Source: Macrostomum hystrix
Lineage: Eukaryota; Animalia; Platyhelminthes
Reading direction: 5' to 3'
Length of the DNA: 64,000 nt
Assembly: GCA_950097015.1 (NCBI GenBank)
Contig: CATNEN010000001.1
Span: 6,200,001 to 6,264,000 of the forward strand
This document shows, in pieces, positions 1 to 32,200 of the stretch; position 1 is the stretch's first letter; every line of letters starts with the position of its first letter. The position numbers and the translations under genes were made by a program. The notes under the pieces were generated by a model. That model made no database searches. It saw only the letters and a program-made list of their open reading frames with translations, and was not told the DNA's origin.

Positions 1-33
1 AAGCTAAAAAAGTGCACGATTTGCGAAAGTCCG

Positions 34-690
34 CGAGCTCGAATCCGCGTCGATGCCACATTCGATGTAGTCTACTTCTCTTATCTGCCGACTCTACTCC
101 TACTATCTACCCACTTGTCTACTCTTATCTGCCTACACTACTTCTCCTATATACCCCACTCATCTTCTCTTATCTACCGACTCTACTTCTCCTATCTACC
201 CCGCTCATATTCTGTTATCTACCGACTCTACTTCTCCTGTATACCCCACTCGTCTTATCTTATCTACCGACTCTACTTCTCCTATCTACCCCACTCATCT
301 TCTCTTATCTACGGACTCTACTTCTCCTATATACCCCACTCGTCTTCTCTTATCTACCGACTCTACTTCTCCTATATACCCCGCTCATCTTCTGTTATCA
401 ACCGACTCTACTTCTCCTGTATACCCGACTCGTCTTATCTTATCTACCGACTCTACTTCTCCTATCTACCCCACTCATCTTCTCTTATCTACGGACTCTA
501 CTTCTCCTATATACCCCACTCGTCTTCTCTTATCTACCGACTCTACTTCTCTGTGCCTGCATAGCGTGTATGTGAGCGCGTGTGCGCTTCTAGGTGTCAG
601 CGATATGGGCTGAATTGTCTCCTCGCTGGCTGCGTGTCTAGCTGTCTATGCCTGCAGCTCTAGATTTTATAAATCGCAAAATTATTATTA
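34..690 (+). mobile_element. Degraded SINE-A copy split by a minisatellite (head 34-63, 3' part 553-690)
   Basis: gagctcgaatccgcgtcgatgccacattc matches the SINE-A head; gtcagcgatatgggctgaattgtctcctcgctggctgcgtgtctag and an (ATT)n tail match its 3' half. Confidence 0.6.
71..550. repeat. Intronic minisatellite, 45-bp unit with 180-bp higher-order period
   Basis: Unit ctctacttctcctatataccccactcgtcttctcttatctaccga; 181-360 and 361-540 are nearly identical. Confidence 0.95.
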
Positions 691-722
691 CAGTCTATAA
701 ATCCCATTGCCCGCACCACCAG

Positions 723-3418
723 AACCGCCATCGTTTTGCATTGTGACCGAATACTGCGACGAAGGCGATCTTGACCAGTGCATCGGTCGGCTAAAACAGG
801 CCGGTCACAGCCTGCCAGTGCCAACTACCATTCGCTGGTTCATTCAGATCTTACTGGGTGTCGACTATCTGCACGGCAGGCGAATCCTGCATCGGGATTT
901 GAAGACCAAGAACATTTTTCTAAAGAGTGGCACAGTCAAGATTGGCGACTTCGGCATCTCCAGGGTGCTGATGAGTAACTCCGACATGGCCTCTACTTTC
1001 CTGGGCACACCGTACTTTATGAGTCCCGAACTGCTCAAGCACGAGGGTGAGACGGCTCCTAAACCCAGTTTTGTCTACGCACTCTAATTTTCTTATCTAC
1101 CGCTCTACTTCTTTTATGTACCCACTCTACTTCTTCTATCTACCCACTCTACTTCTCTTATCTACCACTCTAATTTTTTATCTACTGTTCTACTTCTTTT
1201 ATCTACCCACTCTACTTCTCCTATCTACCCACTCTAATTCTCTTATCTACCGACTCTACTTTTCTTTTTTACCCACTCTAATTGTTTTATCTACCCACTC
1301 TACTTCTCTAATCTACCCACTTAACTTCTTTTGTCTACCCGCTCTACTTCTTTTGTCCACCCACTCTACTTCTTTTGTCTACCCACTCTACTTCTTTTGT
1401 CCACCCACACTACTTCTTCTTATCTAGCCAATCCACCCACTCCACCGCCCTAATTCAGGCTACAACGCCAAAAGTGACATCTGGAGTGTCGGCTGCATTC
1501 TGTATGAAATGTGCGCCCTCGAGCACGCTTTCAAAGGCGCCGGCCTGATGGGCATTTTGTTCAGCATCTGCGGCAATCCCTGCCCGGTGATTCCCGAACG
1601 ATATCCACGCGAGCTTCAGTCCGTGCTGGAGCTGATGCTGGCCAAGGATCCGCAGGAGCGCCTGAGCGCTCGAGAACTGCTCCGCCTGCCCTACCTGAAG
1701 AAGGAAATGCAGACATTGCGCGAGGCTGTCGACTCGCAGAGCGGTCAACAGCAGCTACTTATGGAGGAGACGATCAATGAAGCCGCGAGTCGCAGCCTGC
1801 TGTCTGTTCTGCAGGAGAAGCCGACGCTGAACAGCTTGGAGTTCTCATCGCGCGTCATGGCCGAAGCCGCCGCCGCCGCCGAGGAGATCACCTTGGCAGC
1901 GCGCTCTCGAAAGGCCAACAAAAAGCCTGGCGACGGCGGCGTTAGAGGCGGTGATTTCAACGCGCTCAGTCCGCACCAGAAGATGCTGATGCGCAAGCAG
2001 CTGGCAGCCGATGAGCGCGCGCGGGAGGTGGCGAGGCAGGCGGCCGAGACGAGCCAGAAAAATTCCCAGCTGGCTAAAAAATTTGGCGACCGAACTTTCC
2101 GTCCGAGTGTCAGCGGCGTCGGTCCCGCCGAGTCGACGTTTCCGCAGCCTCACGACGATCGACCGTTGCCAACGTCAGCTGCTCGGCTTAGCGACAGTTT
2201 CACTTTGAAGCAGCAGCAGCAGCAGCAGCAGCAGTACAGGCATGCCTGGCAGTCTCGAGACTATGAGATCCGCCAAAGTCGACGCGATGACGACGATGAT
2301 TCTGAAGATGGAGGCCACTACGATGAGGAAGAAGACGACCTCGTGCCATCCAGCCTGGCTGTTCCTCGACTGTCGACTCGTCAGGCCGTGACCGCGGCCG
2401 CCGTATCTCGCGACGATCGTCCAATCACTCCGATGAAAACTGACCTCTATCAGCAGCTGAAGCGAGCGGGCAGTATTAAAGAGGCCGCTATGGAAAGCGA
2501 GGAATTGGCCGACACTTATTATCAGGTGAGCGCAGGTGACACACTTTCAAAGAGACCGCCATTAGTATCTCGGAGTTAATTTAGGTCAGACACTTCAAAG
2601 AGACCGCCATTAGTATATCGGAGTCAATGCAGGACAGACACTTCAAAGAGACCGCCATTAGTATCTCGGAGTCAATGCAGGACAGACACTTCAAAGAGAC
2701 CGCCATTAGTATCTCGGAGTCAATGCAGGACAGACACTTCAAAGAGACCGCCATTAGTATCTCGGAGTCAATGCAGGACAGACACTTCAAAGAGACCGCC
2801 ATTAGTATCTCGGAGTCAATGCAGGACAGACACTTCAAAGAGACCGCCATTAGTATCTCGGAGTCAATGCAGGACAGACACTTCAAAGAGACCGCCATTA
2901 GAATATTGGAGTCAATGCAGGTCAGACACTTCAAAGAGACCGTCATTAGCAAAATAAAATTCAAGCACCTAAAATGCTTCCAGGCAATGGCTGACTTCGA
3001 TGAAGACGCATTCGACGATGACGGCGATGATTACGACGATGACTACGACGATGAAGCGGCCGCGGCCCAAGAGATGCAGAAGTTCGCTCAGGAGCTCGAC
3101 GGCGCTCTGATTGACACGACTGGCGGAAAGCACTCTGGCGGAGCACGACTAGGCAACACCTTCGAGAACCAGACGGACTCAGCCACTGAGCGAGTCTATG
3201 GTCGCGAAGGCCGGCTGCTAGCTCAGCAGCGAATCAGGGAGGAGTGCCGACGGACAGCTGAGACACGCGGGTTCAGCTTCGATGCGGTTTACAACTATCT
3301 CAAACAGAACTTGAATGCTTCCGACGCGGAGAAGACTGAAGCGCTTCAAAGACTGACTGGCAATCAGGCAACGGCCGCGATTGTCTTTGAAGAGTTGGTT
3401 TTTCTCGAGTCTATTTGA
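723..3418 (+). CDS. NEK11: NIMA-related Ser/Thr kinase, NEK11-like (5'-partial; upstream exons lie outside the window)
   Basis: Exons 723-1046, 1459-2525, 2984-3418 join in frame via GT/AG. Motifs FCIVTEYCDEGDL, WFIQILLGVDYLH, HRDLKTKNIFL, DFG, GTPYFMSPE, KHEG|YNAKSDIWSVGCILYEMC, PERYPRELQ match NEK11; long low-complexity C-terminus with poly-Q and acidic tracts. Confidence 0.85.
1060..1430. repeat. Intronic minisatellite, ~22-bp degenerate unit related to 71-550
   Basis: Repeated ctctacttctcttatctaccca fills NEK11 intron 1047-1458. Confidence 0.9.
2531..2950. repeat. Intronic minisatellite, 45-bp unit, ~9 copies
   Basis: gcaggacagacacttcaaagagaccgccattagtatctcggagtcaat-type unit fills NEK11 intron 2526-2983. 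Confidence 0.97.
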
Positions 3419-5689
3419 TCGATTTTAATGGCTCATTTTAATCAACTGTCTCGAGCAAAGTAGAATGTTTCTACTCGTAGTTTCTTGTTTTCCTCGCTTT
3501 TATTGAAATCAAAATTGTTCTGCTGTGAAATTAGAGTTTTTAATTGGTGTGCCTTTTGCAATATGAAATCTGTTGTAACCGTTTTTGAAGTGTTTTCAAA
3601 AGTTTTTTAAGTGATTGCCTTATGGCTAGTAACATTGTAATATATTTTTTCGTCACTAATACATTTTTGACAAACTTAAAGTACCTTTGCAGTTTCCTTT
3701 TCGTGCACTTTTAGCTCCACCTTTTACAGCCTTAACAACATCGATAATTCGGTGATCAGTGCTGTTCTGTAGGTTTTTTCCATTTATACCTGCCAATTTT
3801 CTAGCTGTTTTTTGTTACATCAATTAAATTCAATCAGTCATCAAAGCTTTAAGCTTAAGTAGCTCTATCTTCATGAAAATATTAGTTTGAATATAGTCAT
3901 GTTGAGATTTGTTCATGATGATTTGACATTATTAAAATCCATTGTTTCTTGTGATTATGCATCAATTTGCTTTGTTATCAAAAGTTGGTTTATTTTTAAA
4001 CAATTAAATAAACTAACCAAGGCTCCATGCAAAGTAGAAAACTTAAAGAGAACTATGGATTTCGTTTATTCTGAAAGTTGCAAGAAAGCAATTGTGATGA
4101 AAAATGTATTATTCTTTCAATAAAGTTTTGCTGACAAGAAGCGATCCACTGTTTTTTTAGAAAAAAACGTTGAACAGTGTGTTATTTCGTAGTACTTTCT
4201 TACAATTAAAGTTCTTTAATTAAAGGACGTTCGAAATTGACAGAGCAAAACGCATTGCACTTTAAACAAAAATATATGCACAGATATAAAGATATAAGAA
4301 CACGACAAGTATCAAATAAATCAGTGCTGGATAAAACGTAAGAACTAACAAAAAAGTAAGAAGTTGTCAATAGATTTTAAACTAAAAAAATAATATGAGT
4401 GACTATCATATTTAAAAAATAGACTTCAACTCATGGCGCACCTTCTGTGTTGCTATTGGCTGAGGCAAGTGGCCGCGGCGTGAGGTGGCTTTTCTCTATT
4501 TAAAGGGTTGCAGAGCAATTTAAGAACATTGAAGGTGTCTATTTTTAGAAACAATGTACAACGACTCAGGCAGCTAGATGCTTATTTAGGCAGGAATTTT
4601 TAGCTAAATGGCAATTTTGAAGATCGGAATGCTTATAGGAACAAAATCAACTTTAAATTTTAATTAAATAAATCTAATAAGGCATCTTGAATAGCAAATT
4701 GAAAGCTTGAATGCAAATTAAAAACCACTTTTTTAGCCTATTTTCATCAAGTTTCATAAAAACTCTGTCGCACAAAAATTCTAGAAAGAAAAATTGACTT
4801 CTCTGGCATTTTCCTAATGAAATAATGATAACTCTACAATTATTTGCAATTCAGACTGTCTTTAAAATGTTCGAAAGAGTAGAAATTACACCAAAACAGG
4901 TCAGATTTTTTGTGACTAAACTACAAGCATTATTTTTGTTTTAACTAGAAAATAAAATATTAAGTAATTTGTTCGTGATATTCACCTTTTTACGACATCG
5001 ATAAACTGACATGCGCTTAAAAGACTACTCGAATAAGGTCACTGAGGAAAGTAGTAGTAGTAGCACAATTAAGTTGCACTTGTGGAGTCTCAGTTAATTT
5101 ATTAAGATGAAAGGAAATAAAAAGTCACCGATTTTGAATTGAATAAAAACGATGAAAGTCACTCAAAGCCAAATAATGATTTGTTTTCATCATATTCATC
5201 AATGATTCATCATATTTGCTTTCTTCTGGCACTGATTGACAAGTATTGCAGTAAAAGTTCTTTGTCAAATTATAAAATTAAATAAAAAATCTTAAAATTA
5301 AGTAGAGTATCAAGCCAGATCTACATAATTTAATTTATAATATGAATTAGTCAGCTGTTGCTCGTACACCAAGTTGCAGGTAGTACTTAAAAGCAGGAAA
5401 AGCAGACAAAAACCCGAATGTGTGCACAAAGCATTCATATCATTAAATAAAAAAACAAGTGACTAAACATGTAATCATTTGACTTATTTTTAACATAACA
5501 TAAGTGAATATATTCTAAAAAGAAAAAAAGAATATAATGAATAGAAACACTAAAAAGGGGTAAAAATTCCCGGTTAAAAGTTTCGTCATTTTGCGTCAGA
5601 GGAAAAAGTTTACGATTGCACAAAACACGACATGATGATGCGAAAATTATCATTCTTCTTTTCACTTTCGTATATAGTGTGGGGTGGTT

Positions 5690-7100
5690 GGTCTTGGAGT
5701 TAGAGGAGTGAGCCTGTGAGGTGTTTGATTTTATAGTCTGTGGCGTGAGGTTGTTGATTTCGGTGTAAGAGGCGTGAGATGGTCTTGGAGTGAGGAGTGG
5801 GGAGTGAGGTTGTTGGTCTTGCAGTCAGAGGTGTGAGGAGGTTGATTTTGGAGCTAGAGGTTTTAGGTGGTTGGTCTAAGGGTAAGAGGCGTGAGGTGGT
5901 TGGTCTAGGGGTAAGAGGCGTGAGGTGGTTGGTCTTGCAGTTCGAGGTATGAGGTGGTTGGACTTGCAGTTCGAGGTGTGAGGTGGTTGGTCTTGCAGTT
6001 AGAGATGTGAGGTGGTTTGTCTTGCAGTTAGAGATGTGAGGTGGTTGGTCTTGGCAGTTAGAGATGTGAGGTGGTTGGTCTTGGCAGTTAGAGGTGTGAG
6101 GTGGTTGGTCTTGTAGTTAGAGATGTGAGGTGGTTTGTCTTGGCAGTTAGAGATGTGAGGTGGTTGGTCTTGTAGTTAGAGATGTGAGGTGGTTGGTCTT
6201 GGCAGTTAGAGATGTGAGGTGGTTGGTCTTGTAGTTAGAGATGTGAGGTGGTTGGTCTTGGCAGTTAGAGGTGTGAGGTGGTTGGTCTTGGCAGTTAGAG
6301 GTGTGAGGTGGTTGGTCTTGCAGTTAGAGGTGTGAGGTGGTTGGTCTTGGCAGTTAGAGATGTGAGGTGGTTGGTCTTGTAGTTAGAGATGTGAGGTGGT
6401 TGGTCTTGGCAGTTAGAGGTGTGAGGTGGTTGGTCTTGGCAGTTAGAGGTGTGAGGTGGTTGGTCTTGCAGTTAGAGATGTGAGGTGGTTTGTCTTGCAG
6501 TTAGAGATGTGAGGTGGTTGGTCTTGGCAGTTAGAGGTGTGAGGTGGTTGGTCTTGCAGTTAGAGATGTGAGGTGGTTTGTCTTGGCAGTTAGAGATGTG
6601 AGGTGGTTGGTCTTGTAGTTAGAGATGTGAGGTGGTTGGTCTTGGCAGTTAGAGATGTGAGGTGGTTGGTCTTGTAGTTAGAGATGTGAGGTGGTTGGTC
6701 TTGGCAGTTAGAGGTGTGAGGTGGTTGGTCTTGGCAGTTAGAGGTGTGAGGTGGTTGGTCTTGCAGTTAGAGGTGTGAGGTGGTTGGTCTTGGCAGTTAG
6801 AGATGTGAGGTGGTTGGTCTTGTAGTTAGAGGTGTGAGGTGGTTGGTCTTGGCAGTTAGAGGTGTGAGGTGGTTGGTCTTGCAGTTAGAGGTGTGAGGTG
6901 GTTGGTCTTGCAGTTAGAGGTGTGAGGTGGTTGGTCTTGCAGTTAGAGGTGTGAGGTGGTTGGTCTTGCAGTCAGAGGTGAGAGTTGGTTGATTTTGGAG
7001 TTAGAGGCAGAAGGTAGTCGGTCTTGGAGCTAGAGGTATGAGGTTGTTGGTCTTAAGATCAGAGGCGTAAGTGGTTGGTCTTTGTTTTAGAGATGTGAAG
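5690..7100. repeat. Minisatellite, 29/30-bp unit, downstream of the flippase stop
   Basis: gaggtggttggtcttg(g)cagttagagrtgt repeated ~35 times with degenerate edges. Confidence 0.97.
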
Positions 7101-7203
7101 TGGTAGTCGATTAGTTAGTCGATTGGTCAGCCAAATTTTTAGTTTCTCTGGGACACATTTGTTAATATCAATGAAAAGCAGCTGACGCAGACAACTAAGC
7201 AGC

Positions 7204-25273
<18,070 letters not shown>

Positions 25274-26098
25274 GCTGTTGCTGCTGCTTCTGCTGTTGCT
25301 GGATTGCAAAATGATGGCTTTTTGGTTTTATTGGAGTTCTATAAGATTTTTTCGACATTCATTAAAAGTAACTTTTAAATGCCAAAGTTAATAGTTCATT
25401 GGTCCCTAAGATCTTATATACAAGTGTAATAGAAAGTAAATATGAAAATATAATAGCACCACTGTCTTTAATAGTATTAAATGATTTCCTTAAGTTTCAG
25501 AATATAGAAAAATGTTATATGCAATTAAAATTCACTTCAGACATGGGCTATGGATCACATTTATATTCTAGGTTACTTACTTACTTTATACATAACGGAA
25601 TGTGCTTGACAGAAAGTAATATAAGTTAGCTGCATAATACCTATAACAACATGACAAAATTAAAACTTCACATAAAGAATTCTTAAGTTAAAACAGATGC
25701 ATTTATAATAAAGTAAAAAAGTAATATAAATTTTAGCTTATTTCTGAACTCAAAAAGTAAAAAAACTATTTAAGAGCGAAATTTAGGCGTAAAATTAAAG
25801 ATATAAGATATAATACGAACATACACGATGATTGCTACTTTCAAAACAACTCCGGCATGGTATTTCTTAAAGGGAAAGCATAATTTAGTCGAACAATTTT
25901 CGCTAGAAATTCGAGTTATAAAATTGCGTGAGAAATGAATAGTCAAATTCGCGCGAAACCAGCTTAAACTTAGTAAATGCCGTAAAAGATAAGCAGAAGG
26001 TAGTTTTATTTAATTTTTATTATTAAATATTCTTTATTTTTTTATATATTGCTTTTAATATTCTCTGACGACAAAAGCGCAAAAAACATAAACTTTAC

Positions 26099-26254
26099 CT
26101 TGTTTTAGTGAGTTGTTGCTCATCGTATCAAATTTTTAAATCGAAAATTTTCATAGAAACCAAAAGGCTTTACTTGTTTCTAAAAACAGCGAGAGGCTGT
26201 AATAGCGCCAAGACTGATATTGGGTTTTGAAGCGGCAATCAAAAGCACGAGAGG
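26099..26254. promoter_or_regulatory. Putative compact bidirectional promoter between flippase and DD3-3-like gene
   Basis: Minus-strand donor (caag|gtaaag) at 26099/26098 can join the acceptor at 25338 ahead of the flippase ATG; the DD3-3 ATG is at 26255 on +. Inferred from geometry only. Confidence 0.45.
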
Positions 26255-29200
26255 ATGAAGTCGTGCTTATGCATGATATTTTTGCTGAGCATGGTTTCAG
26301 TCTCAATTGCTGACATCTATATGCACAACCCACGGTAGGAAGTATTCATGTATTTGCTTTTTTATAACGCGATACCCAGCCTGAAGTTTCAAATCATTTT
26401 TATCATCGCCAAATAAAAATAAATAAATAAATAGAAATTCTATATAATGCAAACTACAAACCATTTTAGACTGTAAAAATGTTGTACGTATTACACAATT
26501 CGTTATAAGCACATTAAAGTAAATTTCATAGAGATATGCAGAGAGATATAGCTATATAAAATGTTGAGCAACTCTCCGTAACTGAATTTTTTAATTTTAC
26601 ATTTTTATAAATCTGCTTAAACACATTTTATTCAACATTTTTTTAACTTTAGCATAAGGACAAAAGATCTTACACAGCAGAAATAAACTAATTCCTTAAA
26701 ACAATACAACTACAGAGGCAGCAACAACCGTTTAGACGAAGCCGGCAGGGAGCGCAACAATCCAAATCGGCTGTTCGACTCGCAAAATAACAACCGCGGC
26801 GGCTACAATGTTGGCAGCTTGTACTATTACACCGGTGAGCTTGCTGGCCTTATAAAGGCTTTATAAAACTGATAAAATGATTAATGTTTGCTTCATAACA
26901 AAATTACTATTTTAGGCTCTGTTATACCAATCGAATGGACCAATCAGCACTCGTGCGGCGACATTAATTGTCACTGCGAAATTGTGCTCCAATACGCCTG
27001 CGGCGATGACATTCGCGACGGCGTCACAACCAATAGAATTCCGGAGAACCGTGCTCAATGCCTGGCCGGAAACTGCCAGTCAGATGTCACCTACGGCCTT
27101 CAGGAGTCCTACAATCACTACCTGTACTGCAAGCGACGCCAGAAAAACCGTGGTTTGTACACGGCCGATCAGAAACTCGGCGGCAACACAGCCAGGTTCA
27201 CTCGCCAGAATCCAGCCGGCACTCAGTACGGCTACGAGTGCCCTGAAGAACGGGATTATTATCCCTATTGGCATCACAGTCCGTGGCGAGATATCGCAGT
27301 GCTGACCAATGATCCAACCAGATGCGCCTACTATCGCGCCGAGAGCGCCAACGTGAAGGACAAGTTCGAATGCCAGATACCTGCTAGCCAGTTGGAATTA
27401 GATGCGGGCTTGACCCTGCCCAGCAACCAATCCGAATGCCTGAAATTGCCGGGCGCTAATTGGGCTCGTCAACCGGCCTGGGGTGTGGAGGCCCCGGTGT
27501 GCAGAACAGCCGAGTCTACTCGAGACAATCACCTTGGCAACACGGCACAGGGCCGGGCTGCCGTATTCAACTGGACTGTGCCAGATCACATGGCCGGTCA
27601 GAAGTGCGTCCTCAGGATGCGGTACAATGTCACCACCGGCGACTACGACCGCTGGTCAACCTTCGCTGAGCACAACTCCGCGGGACCTGCCAATCTGTAC
27701 AAGCAACTGGGCTTCGCTAACAAATCACAGGCGGATTCTAGGGGTTTCAGACTGGCCAATAATCCACAGGTGCAGCTGTTTGCCGACTCCGGCCGGTTTA
27801 AACTGCAGCTCAATGTCAACACGGCGCAGTTTGGACGCGTTTTTCAGGTCTGCTGATGTCAAAACGATATTCTAAATTTAGCAAGACACTTAACTCTGCA
27901 TTGCTTCAGTTCAAGCAGCTGTTAAATGGGTACCAGCATTAGCTACATCAGCATTAGAACATCCTTCAAATGCGCCTCGCAATACGTATCTGCGGCTGTG
28001 CTGTCCGATCACAAATCACACAGAAACACCCAAAAATGCAGATGATTTTAAACAGAAGTGAAACTTCACACAAATGATCAAAACTAATGCGATAGTACAA
28101 GCACGCATTGTTACTAAAGTTTCTAATAGTGCGGTAGCCGTCGTACCAACTAGTTTACGAAATCTCTCATCTATAGGTCCCTGAGCTCGATTCCGCGTCG
28201 AGGTCACATTAACTTGTGGCGCAGCAACGAAGAGCCACATGGTCATCGGTTTTTATCTAATTCACACCATCGAGCGGTTACGTCGAGAAATTCGGGGCAG
28301 ATGTACTCTTGTGTACTCTCGGTCATGCACAGTTATCACATAATAATAATAATATTTGTGGGGCTGCAGGCAATCACACATCATTCGGTGACACTAGACC
28401 CGCAAGCAGCGAGGAGGCAACTCTGCCCATTTTGCTGACTCCTGAGCACACACACACAGATACTGTACGCAGACACACGCTCACACAGGTGTGTACATCT
28501 GGTCTGTGTTTCTCATCGTCAGGCAGTGTACACTCTCACTGTGCCTTGGAGGTTGGCCTTCAAGGGTGTAAATTGCACAACAAGCCCCCAAGCCTTCTCT
28601 CCGCGGCTGCGCCCCAAATTATTGTGACCTCGCCGCGGAATCGAGCTCAGGACCTTGGTGCGAGAGGCAAACGCGTTAGACCGCTCTGCCACTCACCCCC
28701 AGTATCACACCATAATCCCATCTGTCACTTCAGGACCGATCCCACGTGTTCTACGTCAAATCCCGTCCGTCAAATATCCCTACTGGCGCTGAAATACTTA
28801 ACCTGAACGTACGCGGCAAGCGAGGCAACATTGTGCAAGTCTACCCGGCTGTTGAGTACGACTTCGCCCCCCAGCTCATCCACGCCAGGCCAGGAGGCTA
28901 CGTGCATCCCCAGTGGACCGGATCCAACACCAACCCGGCTAATAACGACGGACAGGGCCAGGCCGGTACGGACAGATCCAACATGCTGCCGTTGCACGAC
29001 TTGTCGGCAAACATACCGAATAGCAACTATACTCAGGATCGAGACTGGACACTGGATGACGGCATCGCCAGTTGGCCGCTGAGCGACCTGACCAACTTGG
29101 CCATCCTGAGTCCTCAGCCCCAGCTCGGAGGTTCGACCAGGTTATTGAACGACGCCGGCACCTACTTCGATCTGGGTCCGCGCAGCATCGCGAGGTCGGG

Positions 29201-32200
29201 CAGCTGGGCTTTTGTATGCTCAAGAAATAACAATTTCAGCAATCGGAGTCACAAGGGTCGGCTGGTGTGCTCAGCGAACAGACCTGAAACTCACGTGGTT
29301 GACGGACAGGCTCACTCATTTAAGGTTGGTTGTTTAAAAAATTATTGATTCGTTTCATTGGGTCTAAATTTAGCCAAAGGACAATTTAGTATCAAACTTA
29401 AACAATCTGTTAGACAAAGGAACATCTTGCAGTCGGGCAAAGATTTACCTTTTTATGGAATTCCTATACACAATCGTATTCTGTTAGACAAGTGATCATC
29501 CTGTTAGACAAAGATCATCCTGTTAGACAAAGATCATCCTGTTAGACAAAGATCATCCTGTTAGACAAAGATCATCCCGTTAGACAAAGATCATCCTGTT
29601 AGACAAAGATCATCCTGTTAGACAAAGATCATCCTGTTAGACAAAGATCATCCTGTTAGACAAAGATCATCCTGTTAGACAAAGATCATTCTGTTAGACA
29701 AGTGATCATCCTGTTAGACAAAGATCATCCTGTTAGAAAAAGATCATCCTGTTAGACAAAGATCATCCTGTTAGACAAAGATCATCCTGTTAGACAAAGA
29801 TCATCCCGTTAGACAAAAATCATCCTGTTAGACAAAGATCATCCTGTTAGACAAAGATCATCCCGTTAGACAAAGATCATCCTGTTAGACAAAGATCATC
29901 CTGTTAGACAAAGATCATCCTGTTAGACAAAGATCATCCTGTTAGACAAAGATCATCCTGTTAGACAAAGATCATCCTGTTAGACAAAGATCATTCTGTT
30001 AGACAAGTGATCATCCTGTTAGACAAAGATCATCCTGTTAGAAAAAGATCATCCTGTTAGACAAAGATCATCCAGTTAGACAAAGATCATCCTGTTAGAC
30101 AAAGATCATCCCGTTAGACAAAAATCATCCTGTTAGACAAAGATCATCCTGTTAGACAAAGATCATCCCGTTAGACAAAGATCATCCTGTTAGACAAAGA
30201 TCATCCTGTTAGACAAAGATCATCCTGTTAGACAAAGATCATCCTGTTAGACAAAGATCATCCTGTTAGACAAAGATCATCCTGTTAGACAAAGATCATC
30301 CTGTTAGACAAAGATCATCCCGTTAGACAAAGATCATCCTGTTAGACAAAGATCATCCTGTTAGACAAAGATCATCCTGTTAGACAAAGATCATCCTGTT
30401 AGACAAAGATCATCCTGTTAGACAAAGATCATCCTGTTAGACAAAGATCATTCTGTTAGACAAGTGATCATCCTGTTAGACAAAGATCATCCTGTTAGAA
30501 AAAGATCATCCCGTTAGACAAAGATCATCCTGTTAGACAAAGATCATCCTGTTAGACAAAGATCATTCTGTTAGACAAGTGATCATTCTGTTAGACAAAG
30601 ATCATCCTGTTAGACAAAGATCATCCTGTTAGACAAAGATCATCCCGTTAGACAAAGATCATCCTGTTAGACAAAGATCATCCTGTTAGAAAAAGATCAT
30701 CCTGTTAGACAAAGATCATCCTGTTAGACAAAGATCATCCTGTTAGACAAAGATCATCCTGTTAGACAAAGATCATTCTGTTAGACAAGTGATCATCCTG
30801 TTAGACAAAGATCATCCTGTTAGAAAAAGATCATCCTGTTAGACAAAGATCATCCTGTTAGACAAAGATCATCCTGTTAGACAAAGATCATCCCGTTAGA
30901 CAAAAATCATCCTGTTAGACAAAGATCATCCTGTTAGACAAAGATCATCCTGTTAGACAAAGATCATCCTGTTAGACAAAGATCATCCTGTTAGACAAAG
31001 ATAATCCTGTTAGAAAAAGTTCACAATGTTAGACAGAAACTTTCCTGTTAGACAGAAACTTTCCTGCTAGACAGAAACTTTCCTGTTAGACAGAAACTTT
31101 CCTGTTAGACAGAAACTTTCCTGTTAGACAGAAGCTTTCCTGTTAGAAGTAGAGCATTATGTCTGACAGATACTATTATTTTTGACAGAATTCATCTTGT
31201 CAGACAAAAGAACATGCTGATAGATAGGTAGAAAAAATTCATTATGTGGAACAGAAATAGGCAATTGCCATTTCCGCCAATCCATCAGGTGATGAACGGC
31301 AGCAAGTTTCTAGCCGAGCTGACCATCCCAGCCGGGGCATTCAACTCTCTGCGCTATCTGCAACTGCTGGTGACACCGCACAATGCCAAGGAGACTGCCG
31401 AAGCCGCTGCCAGTCTCTACGGTGACACCTGGTTCACCGGCCTGCTGCGCATCGATGTGGACGGCCCGGCCGGGGAGGCGTTCGGCTCGCCGCTAATCGT
31501 CTCCATGGCAACCAATGAGGGAGCAGATCCAACTGAGGGACACGACGTGCAGGTGAGGGTTCGACTTTTAGATAGGATGTTCGACTGTTAGATTGGATGA
31601 TAGACTGTTAGATTGGATGATAGACTGTTAGATTGGATGATAGACTGTTAGATAGCATGATAGACTGTTAGATACCATGATAGACTGTTAGATAGCATGA
31701 TAGACTGTTAGATAGCATGATAGACTGTTAGATAGCATGATAGACTGTTAGATAGCATGATAGACTGTTAGATAGCATGATAGACTGTTAGATAGGATGT
31801 TTGACTGTTAGATAGCATGATAGACTGTTAGATAGCATGATAGACTGTTAGATAGGATGTTTGACTGTTAGATTGGATGATAGACTGTTAGATTGCATGA
31901 TAGACTGTTAGATAGCATGATAGACTGTTAGATTGGATATTCGCCTGTAAGGTAGGATGTTCGCCTGTTAGATAGGATGCTTCTCTGCTAGGTGAAAAGC
32001 TGAAGGTTGTAGGACAGTGTTCATGGTACCATATGCACTGACCTACACCCACTCCTTCTCTTACTCTCTCCAATATGCCTTTTAAACCAGGCCCCCAAAA
32101 TAATGTACACTTTGGCCCTCCAATATTACGTAATAACAGCTCACGCACTCTGAAATTCAACGCAATAAGTATCGATACTAAAGCCTCTGACTGGGGCAAG

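Noticed and set aside
4430-4520. CCAAT/TATA-like promoter between the convergent NEK11 and flippase ends
   Set aside because: No downstream ORF or RNA gene; such motifs are expected by chance.
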